A DNA stretch of 64,000 nt from Candidatus Sulfobium sp. (GCA_037380845.1 JARRRI010000013.1:1-64000), one strand, 5' to 3'; counted from the first letter of the stretch, positions 28,196-40,059 are shown. The notes: a model not told the origin generated them from the letters alone. Made by a program: numbers and translations.

Positions 28196-30070
28196 TCATT
28201 TCCGGGACCGCCGCGTCTTTTCGGCGGCAACCATGATAAGAGAGAGGGCGGCGGGGGTCATGCCCTGTATCCTGCCTGCCTGGCCAAGGGTGGCGGGCCT
28301 TACCTCTTCGAGCTTGGAGAGGATCTCCTTCGAAATGCCCGGGATGCTCCTGTAATCGATAGCTTCCGGTATCTTCTTCTCCTCGAGTCTGGCCAGTTTT
28401 TCAGCGCTCTCCATCTGCCTGGCGATGTACCCCTCATATTTTACAAGGACCTCGACCTGTCTCTCGACATCCTCTCCCAGATCAATACCCGGAGGCGAGA
28501 ATTTCTTTATCGTCCCGTAGGTGACTTCCGGCCTCTTCAGGAGCCTCTCAAGGCTGATATCCCCGGCGATTGCCGATGTCCCGAGAGACACCAGCACGCC
28601 GTTTACCGCGGCAGGCTTGATCCTCGTCTTCCGCAACCGCTCCAGTTCCTCCCGGATCCTCGCCTTTCTGTCCCTGAATTTCTCATAAGTGGCCCCGTCA
28701 AGGAGTCCGGTCTCGCGCCCCTTTTCCATCAGCCGCATATCAGCGTTATCGTGCCTCAGCAACAGGCGGTATTCCGCCCGGGAAGTGAACATGCGGTAGG
28801 GCTCGCTGGTACCTTTAGTCACCAGGTCGTCTATCATGACACCTATATAGGCCTCGTGTCTGCCCGGAACAAGGGACTTCCTGCCCTGCGCCGTCCTGGC
28901 TGCATTGATGCCGGCCATTAATCCCTGTGCGGCAGCCTCCTCATATCCCGACGTGCCGTTGATCTGCCCGGCCAGGAAAAGACCGTTAATCTCCTTCGTC
29001 TCAAGAGAGTGGCGCAGCTGGGTCGGAAAGACGAAGTCATATTCAATGGCGTAGGCAGGCCTCATTATCTCGGCCTCTTCGAGCCCCGGTATCGTCCTCA
29101 CCAGCCTCACCTGGATGTCAAGGGGCAGGCTGGTAGAAATGCCGTTGGCATAGTATTCGTTGGTGTCCAGCCCTTCCGGTTCGAGAAAGACCTGGTGCCT
29201 TTCCCGCTCGAAGAAGCGGACCACCTTGTCTTCTATGGAGGGGCAGTACCTGGGACCTATGCCCGTTATCTTACCGCTGTACATCGCTGAAAGGCCGATG
29301 TTTTCTTTAATAATCCCATGGGTCTCCGGATTCGTATAGGTTATGTAGCAGGGAAGCTGGGGATTATCGATGCTCAGAGTGCGGTGGGAAAACGGCACCG
29401 GAGGATCGTCTCCCCACTGGGCCTCGGTCCGCGAAAAATCTATGGTCTTCGCATCCAGACGGGGAGGAGTGCCGGTCTTAAGACGTCCGAGCCTCAGCCC
29501 CAATCGTCCCAGACAATCGGAGAGGCCTATGGAGGGGAACTCACCCGCCCTGCCGGAGGGGAAGCTCTCATGGCCCACATGCATCAGCCCCTTAAGGAAC
29601 GTGCCGGTCGTGACGATTACGCGGGAAGCGCTATAGAAGATGCCGAGCGAGGTGCGTACCCCCGTGACCCTGCGGTCCTCTACGATGATCTCTTCTGCCG
29701 CAGCCTGCTTGATATCGAGATTTCCCGTACCTTCCAGCACCTGCCTCATCTTCAACCTGTAGAGTACCCTGTCGGCCTGAGCGCGAAGTGACCAGACGGC
29801 CGGCCCTTTTGACTTGTTGAGCATCCTGAACTGTATGCCCGCCATGTCGGTGACCCTCGCCATCTCGCCGCCGAGGGCGTCGATCTCCCTTACCAGGTGG
29901 CCCTTAGCGAGTCCCCCGACCGCGGGGTTGCAGGACATCTGCGCGATGGTATCGAGGTTCATGGTGAGGACGCAGGTGGACATGCCCATGCGTGCAGCCG
30001 CAAGCGCCGCCTCGCAGCCGGCATGGCCCGCGCCGATCACGATAACGTCATAGGATTTAGCCGGGTTCAC
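28196..30070 (-). CDS. mnmG: tRNA uridine-5-carboxymethylaminomethyl(34) synthesis enzyme MnmG
   Basis: GAGHAGCEAA, MSCNPAVGG, GPRYCPSIEDK, GQINGTSGYEEAAAQG and EPYRMFTSRAEYRL. Confidence 0.98.
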   Translation of the reverse strand: MNPAKSYDVIVIGAGHAGCEAALAAARMGMSTCVLTMNLDTIAQMSCNPAVGGLAKGHLVREIDALGGEMARVTDMAGIQFRMLNKSKGPAVWSLRAQADRVLYRLKMRQVLEGTGNLDIKQAAAEEIIVEDRRVTGVRTSLGIFYSASRVIVTTGTFLKGLMHVGHESFPSGRAGEFPSIGLSDCLGRLGLRLGRLKTGTPPRLDAKTIDFSRTEAQWGDDPPVPFSHRTLSIDNPQLPCYITYTNPETHGIIKENIGLSAMYSGKITGIGPRYCPSIEDKVVRFFERERHQVFLEPEGLDTNEYYANGISTSLPLDIQVRLVRTIPGLEEAEIMRPAYAIEYDFVFPTQLRHSLETKEINGLFLAGQINGTSGYEEAAAQGLMAGINAARTAQGRKSLVPGRHEAYIGVMIDDLVTKGTSEPYRMFTSRAEYRLLLRHDNADMRLMEKGRETGLLDGATYEKFRDRKARIREELERLRKTRIKPAAVNGVLVSLGTSAIAGDISLERLLKRPEVTYGTIKKFSPPGIDLGEDVERQVEVLVKYEGYIARQMESAEKLARLEEKKIPEAIDYRSIPGISKEILSKLEEVRPATLGQAGRIQGMTPAALSLIMVAAEKTRRSRK

Positions 30071-30562
30071 AATCCTCCGGGTTATTAAGAATGTTATAGT
30101 TCAACCGTCGGCGACCGGCTTCCAGAAAAGCCCGGAAAAAGGCCCTCCGGGACACCGGCAGGACTTGCACATGAGCTGCATGGATTGAGCTTTTTCCCCG
30201 GGTAGCTTGTTGCCGACTGGTGGACGCCTCATGTTTATTCTAATCCAAAGCACCGGAATATTTCACCGGACCGGCGTTTCTACGTCTCTCTATACGGCGT
30301 CCCCACCCGGCACGTATGCCAGACTCCGGAGGGTCTCTGTCATTAACGCTGCCGGAATTAAACACCAGGCCGGCCCGAAAACCCGATTCTTTTCCCGTGG
30401 CATGAAGGAACTCGAGCAGATGACGGAGGAAAAAGGGGTAAACATAGAGAAGAAGACCGTCAAGGACCTTATCCTGCGAATGCAGGACATGCCGCCGGGC
30501 GAAGTCCCATAAAGACGGGCGGGAATCCGTTCGATATAAAAGCTCTTGAAAATCACATTTAA

Positions 30563-30643
30563 CGTCATTTCCGGGGCGGGAAGCGGGAATCCACGGTTTT
30601 TGAAGACAATGCAGCCTGGAAAACCGCCTCCGCGGGAATGACG
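30563..30643. repeat. Palindromic GTCATT...GGGAATGAC element
   Basis: Same family as 16243-16322. Confidence 0.65.
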
Positions 30644-30871
30644 GTCAGGAACACGACAACTTATGTAAAGAGTATGGTCGCTGCATGGGTATTCCGCTGA
30701 GACCGGTTCATATGCCGGCTTGACTCTAACGGGTCTCTCCTTAATCAGCAGTCGCATGATTGACGGTTTCTCTCTCCTGGATCCTCGTGGATGACAAATA
30801 TCGTGAAATTGTCCTAAGTCCCTCTCCGCCCCAATAATGTTATAATAGTTAAACTTTTCAAGAGGAACTGA

Positions 30872-31102
30872 ATGAAAGTATGCTATTTTTGCAATGAGAC
30901 GGAGAATGTCAGTACCTGGAAACATCCGGAAAACGGCAGGGAATATATGTTCTGCAGCGGTTGCCTGGGGACGATAATAGGGGTGTGCGCCGAGTGCGGG
31001 GCCGTACTCAGCAAGATGGACCCGATCGGTATCAATAGTGAAGGACAGAGGATCTGTTACAAATGCAGTGCGGCCCACGATATGGCCGAAGACGGGTCCT
31101 GA
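30872..31102 (+). CDS. Small Cys-rich protein (four CxxC, likely two zinc sites)
   Basis: CYFC, CSGC, CAEC and CYKC; SD GAGGA. Confidence 0.75.
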   Translation: MKVCYFCNETENVSTWKHPENGREYMFCSGCLGTIIGVCAECGAVLSKMDPIGINSEGQRICYKCSAAHDMAEDGS

Positions 31103-31124
31103 GGACCATCGGGAGGAACCAGAC

Positions 31125-31328
31125 ATGTCCGACGGCATCAGTGAAGAGGAAAAATTCCGGCATATCGAGGCGGCTTTTCAGATAGATGATATCTATCTGC
31201 GGAGTCTGGACCGTCTGAGGGAAGACCTGACAGGCCGGGGGATCGACATCGATACCGGCGAGGGCAGGAAGATCTTCATACGTGAAGTGCGGAGGCTTAA
31301 CGAGAGTTTTTACGAAGAAGAGTCGTGA
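31125..31328 (+). CDS. Small acidic hypothetical protein
   Basis: SD GGGAGG then MSDGISEEEKF; stop overlaps the next start. Confidence 0.65.
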   Translation: MSDGISEEEKFRHIEAAFQIDDIYLRSLDRLREDLTGRGIDIDTGEGRKIFIREVRRLNESFYEEES

Positions 31329-31945
31329 TGGGACAGATGAAGTGTAACAGGACGGTATTTATGGACATCGGCCGCAGCGTAGCGGCGGAGGGCGGGGGAA
31401 TGCGCCCCGAATTGCCGGAAAGGCTCACCGATTATCTCACCGGATCCGAGATCCCTTTTTCCAACCGGGACAATATACGGCAGAAGATATTGAGGTTCCT
31501 TGTTGAAGAAAGAAGGTACCTCAAGTCCGACATACAGGTGGACAGCGAGATACACTTTGAGGCGGACGGGGAAAAATTCCGGTCGCCGGTCGATATCGCC
31601 ATTATCATAGAGGGCAGGACCCTGATTGTATGGAAATGCGCTTCGGGGTCCCTGGTCTCGCGGGAGAGGCAGATTATAGCTGCCGCAAGGTTGCTCGAAG
31701 ACCATGTCGTGCCGCTTTCAGTGGTCACCAACGGGCAGGGCCTCGAAGTCCTCGACTCGTGCTCGGAAAGGGTAATTGGCGTCGGGTTCACTGCCGTACC
31801 GTACCGGGAGGACCTCCTGAGAGATGCCGGAGACCTCCAGATGAGGAAGATGAAGAAAGCAAAGATTATTTATGAGCAGAGGATACTGTCCACCTACGAT
31901 TCGATTGCCTGTCCATCAAGTTGCAGCCTGAAAGATCAGTCCTGA
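31328..31945 (+). CDS. Stand-alone HsdR N-terminal-like (PD-(D/E)XK fold) protein
   Basis: IRQKILRFLVEERRY...VDI...WKC...ERQ...VVTNG pattern; no helicase domain. Confidence 0.7.
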   Translation: MGQMKCNRTVFMDIGRSVAAEGGGMRPELPERLTDYLTGSEIPFSNRDNIRQKILRFLVEERRYLKSDIQVDSEIHFEADGEKFRSPVDIAIIIEGRTLIVWKCASGSLVSRERQIIAAARLLEDHVVPLSVVTNGQGLEVLDSCSERVIGVGFTAVPYREDLLRDAGDLQMRKMKKAKIIYEQRILSTYDSIACPSSCSLKDQS

Positions 31946-32052
31946 CTCTGTCGAAGGACTCTCCAGAAAACTCAAAGGGATAACTGCTATAATACCGGTA
32001 CCCGGGATCTGCGGCGCACTCTCTTGTTTGAGAAGGAAGAAAACCTTAAAGG

Positions 32053-33705
32053 ATGAATATTACCGTCAGTCAATTTATCATCAGGTATCTTGAGAGGCTC
32101 GGAGTCGATAATGTTTTCGGCATCCCCGGTGCTCACATACTGCCGGTATTCGACGCCCTCTATGAATCGCGGATAAAAACCATTCTGGCCAAGCATGAAC
32201 AGGGTGCATCGTTCATGGCGGGTGGATATGCGAGGCAGTCGGGCAAGCCGGGCGTCTGCATCGCAACAGCCGGCCCTGGGGCGACGAACCTTGTCACCGG
32301 TCTTGCAAACGCCTACCTGGACCGTCTTCCCCTCTTCGCCATTACGGGTGAAACGCCCACATACTCTTTCGGCAAGGGTGCCCTCCAGGAGAGTTCGGGC
32401 GAAGGGTTCTGCATCAACCAGTTCGATATCTTCAGGGGTGTCACGCGTTACAACGGAATCGTCCACCGGACCGACTATTTGCTGAACCTCTTCAGAAATA
32501 TCACCGGCCTTCTCCTGTCGGACAATCCCGGCCCGGTCCTGCTCAGTTTCCCTTACAACGTGCTGAAGGAAACCGTCGACGAAGCGCTGCTTGACAATAT
32601 CAGCTTCGGCCGCAGCCGTTCGGACGCGGCGGCCGGTCCGGCATCCGTGAAGGAAGTTCTCTCCATGCTGAAAAGCGCGCAGAGGCCGGTCGTAGTCGCC
32701 GGACACGGCAGCGTACTTGCGGGTGCGGAAGGTTCTATCGCCCGTTTTTGTGCCGACACGAAAACGCCCCTTGCGACCAGCCTGAAGGCGAGGGGCATAG
32801 TTCCCGAATCGTCGGACCTCTCGCTCGGTATCCTGGGCATAACTTCCAATGAGGCCGCTTTTCGTTATATCTCTGAAGAGGCGGACCTGGTCTTTATAGC
32901 CGGTGCCAGTTTCGGGGAGAGGACCAGCTACAACTGGAACAACAGCCTGCTGGCCGGGAAGAAGATAGTCCAGATAGACAACGACGAATCGCAGCTGAAC
33001 AAGGTATTTTCCGCCGACGTCGCTCTCAAATGTGACGTAAAGTCTTTTTTTGACAGCCTGCTCGCGGCACTCTCCTCCAACGGCTTTGTCCGCAAGGATA
33101 CGGCGGCGGCGGACTATAAAGAGAGATATGAAAACCACGACATCGGGGACAACGAATTCCTTCTCGTGAGCCGCTTTCTGAGAAATCTCGGCGATTGTTT
33201 CAAAGACGGAGAGGTGTCGATATTCGATGACAACATCATATATATGCAGAGGTTCTGCAGCGTGACGAAGAGCCGGAGCTACTTCCCCAACTCCGGTATC
33301 TCTTCTCTGGGGCATGCCGTACCGGCCGCCATAGGTGCCAAACTTGCCACGGAAAGGCCCGTTATAGCTTTACTTGGCGACGGCGGCTTCCAGATGTGCT
33401 GCATGGAGATCATGACGGCCGTGAACCACGGCGTCCCCCTGACCGTGGTCCTTCTCAACAACTCCACCCTCGGCCTGGTGAGAAAAAACCAGTTTTATAA
33501 CTACTCGGGACGTTTTATCGCAAGCGAATTCGTGAATCCCGATTATGCGAAACTGGCCGAATCTTTTGGTATCAATTATTTCGGGGTTTCATCGGAGCCG
33601 GAGGCGGATACTGTCATGCAGGAAGTCGATTTCCTGCACGGCATCAATCTCATCGAACTGACCCTGAATAAAGATGAGTTTCCGAAATATTCGTCCGGCC
33701 GCTGA
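32053..33705 (+). CDS. Thiamine diphosphate-dependent enzyme (acetolactate synthase-like)
   Basis: FGIPG, KHEQGASFMA, GPGATN and GDGG...NN motifs; no small regulatory subunit adjacent. Confidence 0.9.
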   Translation: MNITVSQFIIRYLERLGVDNVFGIPGAHILPVFDALYESRIKTILAKHEQGASFMAGGYARQSGKPGVCIATAGPGATNLVTGLANAYLDRLPLFAITGETPTYSFGKGALQESSGEGFCINQFDIFRGVTRYNGIVHRTDYLLNLFRNITGLLLSDNPGPVLLSFPYNVLKETVDEALLDNISFGRSRSDAAAGPASVKEVLSMLKSAQRPVVVAGHGSVLAGAEGSIARFCADTKTPLATSLKARGIVPESSDLSLGILGITSNEAAFRYISEEADLVFIAGASFGERTSYNWNNSLLAGKKIVQIDNDESQLNKVFSADVALKCDVKSFFDSLLAALSSNGFVRKDTAAADYKERYENHDIGDNEFLLVSRFLRNLGDCFKDGEVSIFDDNIIYMQRFCSVTKSRSYFPNSGISSLGHAVPAAIGAKLATERPVIALLGDGGFQMCCMEIMTAVNHGVPLTVVLLNNSTLGLVRKNQFYNYSGRFIASEFVNPDYAKLAESFGINYFGVSSEPEADTVMQEVDFLHGINLIELTLNKDEFPKYSSGR

Positions 33706-35566
33706 CGGATTTCCCCATCTCCTTCATTTCTTTGACCTTTTCAGTTCCGTCGTGTGCCCTGGCGGAGACGGGAAAACCTTGCTGTTTCAGAAAGAAGACG
33801 GACCTGTGGACCATATGCAGCTGAAGTCAGTCTATGAGGAATCCCTGTCGTTCCTTGAAGACAAGGCGGCCGAAACGGATTTCCGGGACGACCTCCTGGA
33901 ACTGCAGAAAGGTCTTTACAGGGAGCTGGAATATCTTTATTCCCTCGATAGTCCCGATTCCAGGCACCACTTCTTTGTAGTGATACCCGTTGCCGACAGA
34001 CCTTCCATGCTGAGGAACTGTGTGGACAGTCTTATAGGGCAGTGCGAGGATTTTGGTTACGGGGGGACGGCCGCTGGTGCGGACGGCAGCCGTTTCTTCA
34101 GCAAAGTAAGGCTCTTCGTCGTAGACGACAGTGCGGACGAGGGCAACAGGTCCCGGACCAGAAAGATAGCTTCGGAAACGGCAGAGCGGGGGATCAGGAC
34201 CCGCTATTTCGGCGTCGAAGAGCAGGCGGAACTCCTGCGGCATATAGGCGGACTGACCGGGGGAGCGTCTTCGCGGCTGACAGGAGGCCCGGGCAATGCG
34301 ACCCTTGCCCATAAAGGCGCCTCGGTTACGAGAAACCTCGCGTATCTTTACCTCAATTCTTTTCTCCGCAGGCCGGGCGCGGACGAGAAGGTACTCATAT
34401 ATTTTCTCGACAGCGATGAAGAGTTCAGGGTCAAGGTGAAGAAGAACGCGGCGGCGGCGGATATCAGGTTCATCAATTATTTCTACTGGCTCGACAGGAT
34501 ATTCACTACAACCGGCATTCAGGTCCTCACGGGGAAGGTCGTGGGCGACCCGCCCGTTTCCCCTTCGGTCATGATCAATACCTTCCTCGACGACGTCCTG
34601 CTGTTTCTGGAAACCGTCTCGGGTTTGCAGCCGGGTGACACCTGCCCCTTCCATCGCGGTAAAAGGCCCGGAGCGTTTTCGGCGGAATATCACGATATGG
34701 TGGAACTCTTCGGATACCGGCGGCCCGGGGCACTGGAGTATGATTGTCCGCTGTCGGGAGACCACACCACGGAAGATTGTTTCCAGGCCTTTTCGCGGGA
34801 AGTCCGAGATTTTTTTCACGGTCTTCATCCGACCAGAGTTCAGTTCTATCGTCATTTCGGCAGATTTACGAAAACTGAGAGCGCCAGGACCGTATACACG
34901 GGAAATTATGTCTTTACCCCGGGGGCGCTGAAATACTTCATCCCTTTTGCCGGCCTGAATCTGAGGATGGCGGGTCCCACGCTGGGCCGTATTCTTAAGT
35001 CGGCAATCGGCGCGAGGTTCGCATCCGCCAACCTGCCTTTGCTTCACCGGAGGACGAACCCTGACAGCTCCCGGGTATACAGGAGCGGCGTTTCCGGGAC
35101 AGAAGATTCGATAGACCTCTCGGGAGAATTTATCAGGCAGTTCTGGGGAGACGTCATGCTGTTTTCCATCGAGTCTCTGACGAACTCGGGTTTTCCCGAC
35201 ATCATGCCGGGCCTTCCGGAGATATCTTCTGTCGTAAAGGCTGTCCAGGGTGATATGTGGAGGCTGTACAGGCAACAGAAGGCCGCAGCAGCGGCCAAGG
35301 CCGGGCTGTTGAGAGAGCGCCTGCTGCAGGAGGGCGGCTGGTGGAACCGGAGCGGCTGCTTGAAGGGGGCCGTGCAAAGAATCGAACTCCTCTGCTCCAT
35401 AGTCGACAACAGCTTCGGCGAGGGTTCAGAGACCATGAAAAGTCTTTCCGCCCGGGTCGCTGAGGGATCCTATGCCGACCTTCTTATACGGGCAATCAGT
35501 TCCTTCCGCGACGACGAGGCGGTCTGGGCGAAGCTGATCGGGGCTGACGTCGCCGGCTTGACGTAG
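33674..35566 (+). CDS. Hypothetical protein with GT-A/GT2-like motifs
   Basis: VVIPVADRP, VVDDS, GASVTRN and FLDSDE in GT2 order; overlaps the upstream gene by 32 nt. Confidence 0.6.
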   Translation: MSFRNIRPAADGFPHLLHFFDLFSSVVCPGGDGKTLLFQKEDGPVDHMQLKSVYEESLSFLEDKAAETDFRDDLLELQKGLYRELEYLYSLDSPDSRHHFFVVIPVADRPSMLRNCVDSLIGQCEDFGYGGTAAGADGSRFFSKVRLFVVDDSADEGNRSRTRKIASETAERGIRTRYFGVEEQAELLRHIGGLTGGASSRLTGGPGNATLAHKGASVTRNLAYLYLNSFLRRPGADEKVLIYFLDSDEEFRVKVKKNAAAADIRFINYFYWLDRIFTTTGIQVLTGKVVGDPPVSPSVMINTFLDDVLLFLETVSGLQPGDTCPFHRGKRPGAFSAEYHDMVELFGYRRPGALEYDCPLSGDHTTEDCFQAFSREVRDFFHGLHPTRVQFYRHFGRFTKTESARTVYTGNYVFTPGALKYFIPFAGLNLRMAGPTLGRILKSAIGARFASANLPLLHRRTNPDSSRVYRSGVSGTEDSIDLSGEFIRQFWGDVMLFSIESLTNSGFPDIMPGLPEISSVVKAVQGDMWRLYRQQKAAAAAKAGLLRERLLQEGGWWNRSGCLKGAVQRIELLCSIVDNSFGEGSETMKSLSARVAEGSYADLLIRAISSFRDDEAVWAKLIGADVAGLT

Positions 35567-35614
35567 GGTATGAATTATCCGGCCTCCGGTCTTTGGTGAA
35601 CTGTGAAAAGATGG

Positions 35615-35869
35615 TCAGAATTGAAGTCTGCGCTGCGCGTCCTGGCTGTAGAGTTTTTGCAGTTGTTCCTGGATGGTTTGCCAGCCGTCTCTGGCGTGAG
35701 GGATGACACATTTGGAACAGTCCTTCAGGCCTGAGGGCAGAACGGCGAAGTCGCCGGGACAGGGGAGCAGGAAGAGCGGACAGTAACAGAAAAGACAGGA
35801 GTGCCAGTCATCGAGATTGTGGCAGGGCAGGAATTCACAATTGAGGTTTATGAATTGTTTGTAGCTCAT
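35615..35869 (-). CDS. Cysteine-rich small-domain (zinc-finger-like) protein
   Basis: NxxCEFLPCH...CLFCYCPL...C...KDCSKCVIPH. Confidence 0.85.
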   Translation of the reverse strand: MSYKQFINLNCEFLPCHNLDDWHSCLFCYCPLFLLPCPGDFAVLPSGLKDCSKCVIPHARDGWQTIQEQLQKLYSQDAQRRLQF

Positions 35870-35934
35870 TGAAGAATTATATCACAGGGGTTCCGTACTT
35901 TCCGGCGACAGCGACAGGCGGGCACCGTCAGTCC

Positions 35935-36765
35935 TCAAAGGTTGAGAGCACAGGCCTGACAGTTTTCCCCTCCTCTTCCCCTGCATAGACCTGAAATCCC
36001 GTGGTGGCAGAGTGCGAAATCATATTTCAGCGGGTCTTCGGGATCGAGGCCCTTCAGTGATTCGGTTATTTCCACGGCCGTCTTCCAGTCCTGAGATTTT
36101 CTCTCCGTGAAGCCCAGACATCTCGAAATCCTTGCTATGTGAGTATCCAGAGGAATGATCAGCTTGTTCTTCGGGATTCCGTCCCATATCCCGAAATCGA
36201 TGTCCCTGTCCCGCACCATCCAGCGCAGGAAAAGGTTGGCGCGCTTACAGGTGCTGCCGTGGGCGGGGGAGGAAAGAAACTGTCTCAATCCCCGGGGCCT
36301 TATGTCCGTCCCATAAACCGGGGATGTGTTGCCGCCCAGGAGTTCGCCAATAAAGCCGGTCAGTCCCCTGCGGATGTCTCTGTCGTCTTCGCTGTAATGC
36401 CTCCTGAAGGCATTCATCAGCGAGCCTTCCTTTTTCAGGATCTCATGGAGCAGGAAAAAAAGGCAGAGGATGTCCGCATTTTCATTGAACCTGTATTTTA
36501 AACCCCCGAAACGCCCGCCATCCCTTTTCAGGTTGAAGCCGGCCAGGAACTCGAAGGGGCTTTCGCCCATCTTCGAAAATATTGTTTCCAGAACGGCCCT
36601 GAACAGTTCCACCTTCCCGTAAGCGAAACAGGAAGATATGAAGCCCGCCGCCTCTATATCGGCTGACGAAACATACCGGTGTGGAAATTCAATCGGATCA
36701 TGCCGCATCCTCTCCCGGAAATCGAAATCTCTGTAAAACCTTTCGAGGACTTCCTTCATGTTCAT
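35935..36765 (-). CDS. TIGR02757/DUF2400 family protein
   Basis: DPIEFPHRY, STCKRANLFLRWMVR, IPLDTH and DPLKYDFAL. Confidence 0.9.
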   Translation of the reverse strand: MNMKEVLERFYRDFDFRERMRHDPIEFPHRYVSSADIEAAGFISSCFAYGKVELFRAVLETIFSKMGESPFEFLAGFNLKRDGGRFGGLKYRFNENADILCLFFLLHEILKKEGSLMNAFRRHYSEDDRDIRRGLTGFIGELLGGNTSPVYGTDIRPRGLRQFLSSPAHGSTCKRANLFLRWMVRDRDIDFGIWDGIPKNKLIIPLDTHIARISRCLGFTERKSQDWKTAVEITESLKGLDPEDPLKYDFALCHHGISGLCRGRGGENCQACALNL

Positions 36766-36888
36766 GGGGTTAAGGTATTATACCAGCCGCAAAGTTGCCA
36801 CACAGAACGAGTGACAAGTTTGTCGTATTATACATTATTGTAGCATTTTCTGTTTGAGGTTTCCCTTGAAAATCAGGAAGTTGCAAGT

Positions 36889-36904
36889 TGGCACGGTTCT
36901 GGAT
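36889..36904 (+). promoter_or_regulatory. Possible sigma54 promoter of the porin-amtB-glnK operon
   Basis: Perfect -24 box TGGCACG, but -12 reads TGGA rather than TTGC. Confidence 0.4.
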
Positions 36905-37077
36905 ATAAACAGGGCACGGCGAGGAGAAAAATCCCGGCTCATGACGGCCGGAAGCATGACCGGATCGAAGCCGGAAAATACCCCGTCAGGACAAGGAGGT
37001 GCATCGGGTAGTCGGCTGCTACGTCTTTGTGCCGAAGTGCGGACCTTCGGTCTGTAAATACATTGCGGGAGGAGAAC

Positions 37078-37842
37078 ATGAACAGAGTAAAGAGTATGAT
37101 GATTGTAACGGCAGTGGTGCTGTCGGTTGCGGCCGGTTCGGCTTATGCAGGGGAACCAGCTGTATCGGGTTTCACCTCAGTCGACGTGATGAGCAATTAT
37201 GTGTGGCGCGGGCAGAAACTGAGCAACAGTTACGTCATCCAGCCTTCAGTGGGCATAAACTATGGCGATTTCGCCGCCAACATCTGGGCGAACCTCGACA
37301 GCGACCCCGAATTCCTCGGGATCGACAACAGGTTCAAGCATACGGAGACCGACCTTACGGCGACCTACGGTTTTTCCTTCGACAAACTCAGCTTTACCGC
37401 GGGGTATATCTATTATGCGCTGGAGAGCGCCAACGACACGCAGGAAGTCTTTCTTTCAGCCGGCTATGATATTCTGCTCAACCCGACACTGACTGTATAC
37501 TACGACTTCGTCGAGGGGGGCGGCGGCTTCGCAGTGGCGTCCATAGGGCACTCCATCGACATCACGAAGGACATCCCCCTCAATCTGGGAGCCTCCGCCA
37601 GTGTCAACCTCAACGACAAGGTCATGGGACTGGATAAGGACGGCAACGACTTCACCAATTTCTATAACGGCGAACTCTCCGCTTCCGTGTCAGTCCCGTT
37701 AACGAAGGCCCTTAGCGTGACGCCGAAGGCGGCCTATTCCCTTGCGCTCAGCAATGATGCCAAGCACGCGATCAGCAGTGTCAGCGACGACGGCACCCAT
37801 GACATCCTTTACGGGGGCATCAACCTTACGCTGAGCTTCTAG
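37078..37842 (+). CDS. Outer-membrane beta-barrel (TorF-like putative porin)
   Basis: Signal peptide; SNYVWRG, IQPS and ETDL motifs; terminal Phe. Confidence 0.75.
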   Translation: MNRVKSMMIVTAVVLSVAAGSAYAGEPAVSGFTSVDVMSNYVWRGQKLSNSYVIQPSVGINYGDFAANIWANLDSDPEFLGIDNRFKHTETDLTATYGFSFDKLSFTAGYIYYALESANDTQEVFLSAGYDILLNPTLTVYYDFVEGGGGFAVASIGHSIDITKDIPLNLGASASVNLNDKVMGLDKDGNDFTNFYNGELSASVSVPLTKALSVTPKAAYSLALSNDAKHAISSVSDDGTHDILYGGINLTLSF

Positions 37843-37872
37843 CGATAAAGCGATTTCGAAAGGAGATGAAAT

Positions 37873-39680
<1,808 letters not shown>

Positions 39681-39695
39681 TCTCACTTTTATGCC

Positions 39696-39731
39696 GGAGG
39701 CCCTTTTCCGTGAGGGTCGGAAGGGGCCTCC
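39696..39731. terminator. Hairpin between convergent genes
   Basis: GGAGGCCCTTTTCCG / CGGAAGGGGCCTCC. Confidence 0.65.
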
Positions 39732-39753
39732 ATTCTTATCATCCCGGGTTCAA

Positions 39754-40059
39754 TTACGTTTTCCCGCGTTTCGACATATGGGAGATCAGGTCGAAGATAC
39801 TCTTTGCCCTTTGCTCGATGACATCGACCGCGTGCTCCAGTCTCTTGAACCTGTCCGGCTGCGATCCCCCGGTAAATGATTCTTCCGCCTTCTCCATCGC
39901 CTTCATGATCTCAGAACCTTCCGGACTCCGCGAAAGTTCTTCCCCCCACATGTCCCTGGCCAGAAGGAGCGTCCCGAACAACATCTTTCTTGTCTCTGCC
40001 ACCTTGTCTTCCAGCCGTCTGATTCTCTCCTCATCAGACATATCCGCAAAATGTACCAC
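39754..40059 (-). CDS. Hypothetical helical protein
   Basis: SD GGAGG, GTG start, 101 aa. Confidence 0.6.
   Translation of the reverse strand: MVHFADMSDEERIRRLEDKVAETRKMLFGTLLLARDMWGEELSRSPEGSEIMKAMEKAEESFTGGSQPDRFKRLEHAVDVIEQRAKSIFDLISHMSKRGKT

Noticed and set aside
31328..31945. Type I restriction-modification system
   Set aside because: Only a small HsdR-N-like domain; no methylase, specificity subunit or helicase
32053..33705. Naming this gene ilvB
   Set aside because: No ilvN or ilvC nearby and the sequence is divergent, so only the family is supported
33827..35377. Long antisense ORFs (this 516-aa one, also 9113..10186, 31987..33315, 47518..48699, 51004..52368)
   Set aside because: Shadows of GC-rich coding genes on the opposite strand, with no recognisable motifs
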